Positions 59,405 to 64,000 of a stretch of 64,000 nt of DNA are shown one piece after another. Origin of the DNA: an uncultured Verrucomicrobiae bacterium. GTDB lineage: Bacteria; Verrucomicrobiota; Verrucomicrobiia; Chthoniobacterales; JAFAMB01. The translations under genes were made by a program, and so were the position numbers. Position 1 is the first letter of the stretch; the number at the start of each line of letters is the position of its first letter. The DNA lies in the NCBI GenBank assembly GCA_963762565.1, contig CAVXLD010000001.1, positions 640,001-704,000 on the forward strand. Direction: 5' to 3'. The notes beneath the pieces are model-generated. The model worked only from the letters and a program-made list of their open reading frames with translations. It made no database searches and was not told the DNA's origin.

Positions 59405-60667
59405 TTACGCCTTCACATGCCCCTGACCAATCACCTGATACTTGTAGATCGTCAGTTCTTCCAGGGCCATGGGACCTCGGGCATGTAGGCGGTCCGTGCT
59501 GATACCAATCTCGGCTCCGAACCCGAATTCTCCTCCATCATTGAAGCGCGTGGAAGCGTTCCAAAAGACTGCCGCCGAATCGACTTTGTTCATGAACTCA
59601 TTGGCGGCCTGTTCATCGCTGGTGACGATCGCATCGCTGTGGTGGGAACCGTAAGTTTCAATATGTGCAATCGCGTCCGCCAAGCTTGGTACTACCCGAA
59701 CCGAAAGAATGAGATCAAGGTGCTCGGTTCGCCAATCCTGGTCTGTGGCCGGTCGAACGCTCGGGCCAAGGATAGCTTGGGTTTCAGCATCCCCCCGCAG
59801 CTCAACGCCGCGACGCTGTAACTCCGCAGCGCAACGGCTCAGGAATTCCTTAGCAATCCCGGTGTGCACCAAAAGTGTTTCTGCTGCATTGCAGACGCTG
59901 GGACGTTGGCATTTGGCGTTAATGACGATTGACTGCGCCATCTCCAAATCCGCAGCCTGGTCCACATAGACGTGGCAAATACCATCAAAGTGTTTGATTA
60001 CCGGCATGCGGGCAAAAGCGGTGACGGTTTCGATCAGCTGCTTACCCCCTCGAGGAATTATGAGATCGATAAACTCTGCCATCTCGGCCATTGCTCGTAC
60101 CGCTGCTCGATCGGGTGAAGAAACAATCTGGACGGCGTCTTCTGGAACCCCGGCACGACGGCAGCCTGCGCGGAGAGCCTCGCACAGCGCGATATTGGAT
60201 GCTAATGCTTCGGAGCCGCCCCGCAGGATCACCGCATTACCGGTCTTCAAACACAGAGAGGCCGCATCACTAGTGACGTTCGGGCGCGACTCATAAATGA
60301 TGCCGATGACTCCGATCGGAACTCGAACCTTTTTGAAGTGCAACCCGTCAGGTCTGGACCACTCTTTAATTACTTGGCCAACAGGATCCGGAAGCTGAGC
60401 AACCTCGCGAAGGCTCCGGCAAATCGCGGCTAATCGATCATGATCCAGCTTTAATCGATCTAAAAGCGCCGAGGAAAGGCCATTCGCCGAGCCTCGCTCT
60501 AAATCGGATTGATTCGCGGCCAGAATGGCGGGTTCACCTTTTTCGATCTGTTCTGCCGCTGCGATCAAAGCCGCATTCTTTTCCTGGTCGGATCGAGTCG
60601 CTAATTCTCTCCCTGCCCTGCGAGCACGGGCTCCGGCGGCCAAAACTTGTTCACGAACGTCGCTCAT
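59405..60667 (-). CDS. proA: Glutamate-5-semialdehyde dehydrogenase
   Basis: IIYESRPNVT, IIPRGG, VCNAAE, NASTRFNDG, LHARGP. Confidence 0.98.
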   Translation of the reverse strand: MSDVREQVLAAGARARRAGRELATRSDQEKNAALIAAAEQIEKGEPAILAANQSDLERGSANGLSSALLDRLKLDHDRLAAICRSLREVAQLPDPVGQVIKEWSRPDGLHFKKVRVPIGVIGIIYESRPNVTSDAASLCLKTGNAVILRGGSEALASNIALCEALRAGCRRAGVPEDAVQIVSSPDRAAVRAMAEMAEFIDLIIPRGGKQLIETVTAFARMPVIKHFDGICHVYVDQAADLEMAQSIVINAKCQRPSVCNAAETLLVHTGIAKEFLSRCAAELQRRGVELRGDAETQAILGPSVRPATDQDWRTEHLDLILSVRVVPSLADAIAHIETYGSHHSDAIVTSDEQAANEFMNKVDSAAVFWNASTRFNDGGEFGFGAEIGISTDRLHARGPMALEELTIYKYQVIGQGHVKA

Positions 60668-60689
60668 CGGTTACACTCCAAAACGAGAC

Positions 60690-60851
60690 AACCGCGAATG
60701 GACACGAAAAAAAAGACAAACCGCAGATAAACGCAGATAGACTTTCGAGGTCTCCTTGCGTGATTTTCCTGCATCATATCCGCCTGCATTCTGCACCTTC
60801 ATCGCGGTTGGTTTTTCTTTGTCTTCGCGTCAATTCGTGTCCATTCGCGGT
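60690..60851. repeat. Nested gene-less nonamer ends between proB and proA
   Basis: AACCGCGAATGGACACGAA ... TTCGTGTCCATTCGCGGT outer pair; AACCGCAGATAAACGCAGAT inner. Confidence 0.8.
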
Positions 60852-60868
60852 CTAGAATATCCTCGCTT

Positions 60869-61630
60869 TTACGCCGGGAAACGGGTGCCCACCGATTCTC
60901 CTTTGACTGCCTCCAATAGTACGCCGGCCTTAAGTCCGCTGCCGATCACCGTTGGAATACCGGCCTGTCGGGCAAAACTGGCGGCCTCCAATTTACTGAC
61001 CATACCGCCTCGTGAATAGACGCCTCCTTCCCTGGTAGCCAGGGATCTGACGGCCTCTATGTCGCTTACATCGGCGATTCTGGTTCCATCGCCTGCCAAT
61101 AGCCCATCCACACTCGTCAAGATCACGAGTAGCGAAGCCCGGCACAAATTGGCGACTTCGGCTGAAAGCAGGTCGTTGTCTCCGAAATTCAGCTCTTCAA
61201 CGGCGACCGAATCATTTTCGTTGATGATCGGGATGACCCGGTCGAATCGGAAGAGACGCTCCAGGGTGTTGCGAGCGTTCTCATAGCGCATGCGGCTATC
61301 CAGGTCTTGATGCGTCAGCAACAGTTGTGCTACCTGCAGGTCGTGCCGGCTGAAAAGTGTCTCGTAAAGCCGCATCAAGCGCGATTGACCAACCGCGGCG
61401 CAAGCTTGTATGGATGGCAGATCGGTAGGCCGCTCGTGAATGCCGAACTGCATCATTCCCGCCGCCACCGCACCGCTACTGACTAAAACACATTGGTAGC
61501 CGAATGACGTCAACTCGGCGACTTCGCCGGTCAATCGCCGGATTTGTGACACATGAAGCCCGTCCCGGGTCGGCTTGGTCAAAATGCCTGTTCCCAATTT
61601 TACAACAATCCTTTTCCGTTTATCCGCCAT
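60869..61630 (-). CDS. proB: Glutamate 5-kinase, short form without PUA domain
   Basis: VVKLGT, VSSGAV, INENDSV, FGDND, GGMVSK. Confidence 0.96.
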   Translation of the reverse strand: MADKRKRIVVKLGTGILTKPTRDGLHVSQIRRLTGEVAELTSFGYQCVLVSSGAVAAGMMQFGIHERPTDLPSIQACAAVGQSRLMRLYETLFSRHDLQVAQLLLTHQDLDSRMRYENARNTLERLFRFDRVIPIINENDSVAVEELNFGDNDLLSAEVANLCRASLLVILTSVDGLLAGDGTRIADVSDIEAVRSLATREGGVYSRGGMVSKLEAASFARQAGIPTVIGSGLKAGVLLEAVKGESVGTRFPA

Positions 61631-61761
61631 CAGCCCGAAATATACATGAAACGAATAGGCCCGGAATGACTTACTTACAGTCGTCCGGGCCTATACGTTT
61701 CATATATATTTCGGGCTACGTAGCTTGCATCGCTCCCAAAATGCATGTGCATTTGGGAGCG

Positions 61762-63144
61762 ATGCAAGCTGTGAACATTCTCGATCTCATTCGCAAACAG
61801 GCTGAATTGCAGCCGAACAACGTCGCCTTCGCTTGCGTCGATTCCAACGAAAGCATCAGCTACGCGGACTTGATTCAGCGCGTCAACGCCGTAGCTGACT
61901 GGCTGCGGGGCCGTGGATGTCAGCCTTTTGATCGGTGCGGCTTGCATTGCCCGGAAGGTTCAGAGTTTCTGATCAGCGCGCTCGGTATTTTGTCGGCCGG
62001 GTTAGCAATAGCCCCAATCAGCCTCAACGTTCTACCGCTAGAACTCGATCGGATAATCGGCGCTGCGGGACTCAACTGGCTGCTTGAGACCGAAAAAAAG
62101 TTAATCCGATTTCCTTTTGCCGGATTCGTCGATACTCAAGCCGACGACCACTATCGAGCCACAAACCCAGCCTATATTAGATTCACTTCTGGTACTACGG
62201 GCCCAAGAAAAGGAGTTTTGTTAGGACATAACTCGATTCTAGATCGTCTAGCGACGGCTGATGCGATTCTTCGGATCACCCCGCAAGACCGGGTCTGGTT
62301 TCGTCTACCAATGGCAGATCATTTCGTGGTTTCTATTTTGCTTTATCTGTCGCGCGGGGCGGCGGTGGTGACCTCGACGACCGATCAACCTGAGATTCTG
62401 TCGCAACTCGGCTCCGAGTTTCGGCCGACGATCATCTATGGCTCACCGGAGTCGTATTCAGTTTTGACAGAAAAACTTCCCGGCGATTTGGCAACGATCC
62501 GGCTGGCCATTTGCACGACAACGTTGCTCTCGGCGAAGACCCGAAGCGCGTTCCAGAGCCGTTTCCAAAAGCCGCTGAATCCAGCGCTGGGCATTATCGA
62601 AGTCGGTTTGGTCACGCTCAATCAAAGCACGGATAGACCGGACTCAATTGGGACACCGATGCCAGGTTACCAAGTGAAGCTGCTGGACGAGAACGGTGGC
62701 CCCGTACCATCTGGTAGAGCCGGCGAACTCCACGTGAATGGACGCGGTCTCTTGGACGCTTATCTGGCTCCGTGGCGACCGCGTTCCCAGATTCTGGGTA
62801 GCGATGGCTATGCCACAGGTGACTTCGCGACAATGGATGAGACCGGTTATCTGCGCCTGGTTGGCCGAAGCAAAAACCGTCTAGAGGTAAACGGTCTCCA
62901 TTTCTTCTGTGAAGAGGTCGAACGAATCATCAATAGCTATCCTGAAGTACAAGAGAGCCTCGTTTACATCGATCCAACCACTCGAGCTTTATCTGCTGAG
63001 ATAGTCTCGCGGAATGAGTCGTTTCCAGAACTGGCTGACTTCTTGCGGCAGCGCTTGGATCCTAGGCAGGTTCCCGTTTCATTTCGCCGAGTCGATGAAC
63101 TGCCGCGAACCGCGAACGGGAAACTGCTAAGGGCAGCGAGGTAG
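61762..63144 (+). CDS. AMP-binding (acyl-CoA synthetase-like) enzyme
   Basis: YIRFTSGTTGPRKG, ATGD, VGRSK, LPRTANGK; GGGAG before ATG. Confidence 0.9.
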   Translation: MQAVNILDLIRKQAELQPNNVAFACVDSNESISYADLIQRVNAVADWLRGRGCQPFDRCGLHCPEGSEFLISALGILSAGLAIAPISLNVLPLELDRIIGAAGLNWLLETEKKLIRFPFAGFVDTQADDHYRATNPAYIRFTSGTTGPRKGVLLGHNSILDRLATADAILRITPQDRVWFRLPMADHFVVSILLYLSRGAAVVTSTTDQPEILSQLGSEFRPTIIYGSPESYSVLTEKLPGDLATIRLAICTTTLLSAKTRSAFQSRFQKPLNPALGIIEVGLVTLNQSTDRPDSIGTPMPGYQVKLLDENGGPVPSGRAGELHVNGRGLLDAYLAPWRPRSQILGSDGYATGDFATMDETGYLRLVGRSKNRLEVNGLHFFCEEVERIINSYPEVQESLVYIDPTTRALSAEIVSRNESFPELADFLRQRLDPRQVPVSFRRVDELPRTANGKLLRAAR

Positions 63145-63371
63145 GGAAAGCCGGGAGCGCGCCGCACCAGTCCGGGAGGGATCGCGTCCTCGCGATCCGC
63201 GCGTTACCGGAGCCGAGGACGTTGGGCCATTAAGGGTTTTTCGTATTTCAGTCGGCGTGGAACAGTTTCGCGGCGCGCGGGGACGCGCGCCCTCCCCAAA
63301 TTGCCGCCATTTGCTATTTGCGATTTTCTATCTGCTATTCTGGACGAGCTACGAGCAAGGATCCCCAGGCA

Positions 63372-64000
63372 ATGCCCACGGCGCCGAGCGCATCAAAACC
63401 GCGGCAGACGATCGGATTTCGAACCGCAATCTTGCAGCTCATCCTGGGCGCTCTTCTTTTCTCGGTGGGAACAATCGGGATAGTTGGCTACATCAACGAG
63501 GAACGGACCCTCGAGGAAATCCGGCAAAAGCATTTTAGCTTGGTTAGTCTCACCCTTTCCCGCGAGGTAAGCCGGATCCTCGAACCTGCAGAACGGATAT
63601 TGCCGGAGCTCAAGAATTTGACTGATCGAGGGTTGATTAACCCGCTGGATTCGGATCCACTCGGAATCTTCTTGGCGGAACGGCTTCGCCAAGAAGAGAG
63701 TGTCGGCTGGCTCAGTTTTACTGATTCTGCAACCGGCGCCTTCACCAGTGCATGGCGGGATAGCGAAGGCGGCATCGGAGTCAACCACGCCGATCCGAAT
63801 GTCGATAGCGGTCGGCCCAAGGAATTCCTCTTAAACTTAGATGGTTCGCGTTCGCGGCTACCGCCTCGAAACGCAGCCTCCAACGATCCGCGGAGTCGCT
63901 CCTGGTACCAGAACGCTGTCGCCGCCGATGGCACGATCGTGTGGACTAAACCCTACAACTTCAACGAAGGAACCACTGGTATCAGCGCCTGCATGGCGAT
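63372..64000 (+). CDS. Membrane sensor with Cache-like extracytoplasmic domain (partial; cyclase or kinase type unknown)
   Basis: Manual translation MPTAPS...TM...DPRSRSWYQNAV...VWTKPYNF; open to window end. Confidence 0.75.
   Translation, partial: MPTAPSASKPRQTIGFRTAILQLILGALLFSVGTIGIVGYINEERTLEEIRQKHFSLVSLTLSREVSRILEPAERILPELKNLTDRGLINPLDSDPLGIFLAERLRQEESVGWLSFTDSATGAFTSAWRDSEGGIGVNHADPNVDSGRPKEFLLNLDGSRSRLPPRNAASNDPRSRSWYQNAVAADGTIVWTKPYNFNEGTTGISACMA

Overview
Gene-dense chromosomal window from a bacterium, most likely Verrucomicrobiota (a perfect TGTTC-N4-GAACA box, the published verrucomicrobial LexA motif, sits in front of lexA). It carries housekeeping genes (purD, hemW, yggS, opgG/H, lexA, xerC, pepF, ilvN/C, mrdA, proB/A) and accessory loci: an MFS / Rieske-reductase fusion / ALDH operon, a TIR-membrane-heme c protein, two tandem S8/S53-like proteases, and a triuret-biuret-allophanate catabolic cluster. 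I saw no rRNA, tRNA, CRISPR array or classical transposase. Nearly every intergenic gap holds repeats from about 10 families, often nested inside one another. Lead observation: two GxxExxY (PD-(D/E)XK-like) genes are each bracketed by inverted ends built from 9-nt tandem units. One copy is intact and lies inside an operon; the other is frameshifted. The same kinds of ends recur without a gene (MITE-like), which suggests an uncharacterised nuclease-associated mobile element system. A second pattern is a set of long palindromes with AGCY...RGCT termini that abut or overlap five start codons. All family calls come from motif recognition by eye; no database searches were run.
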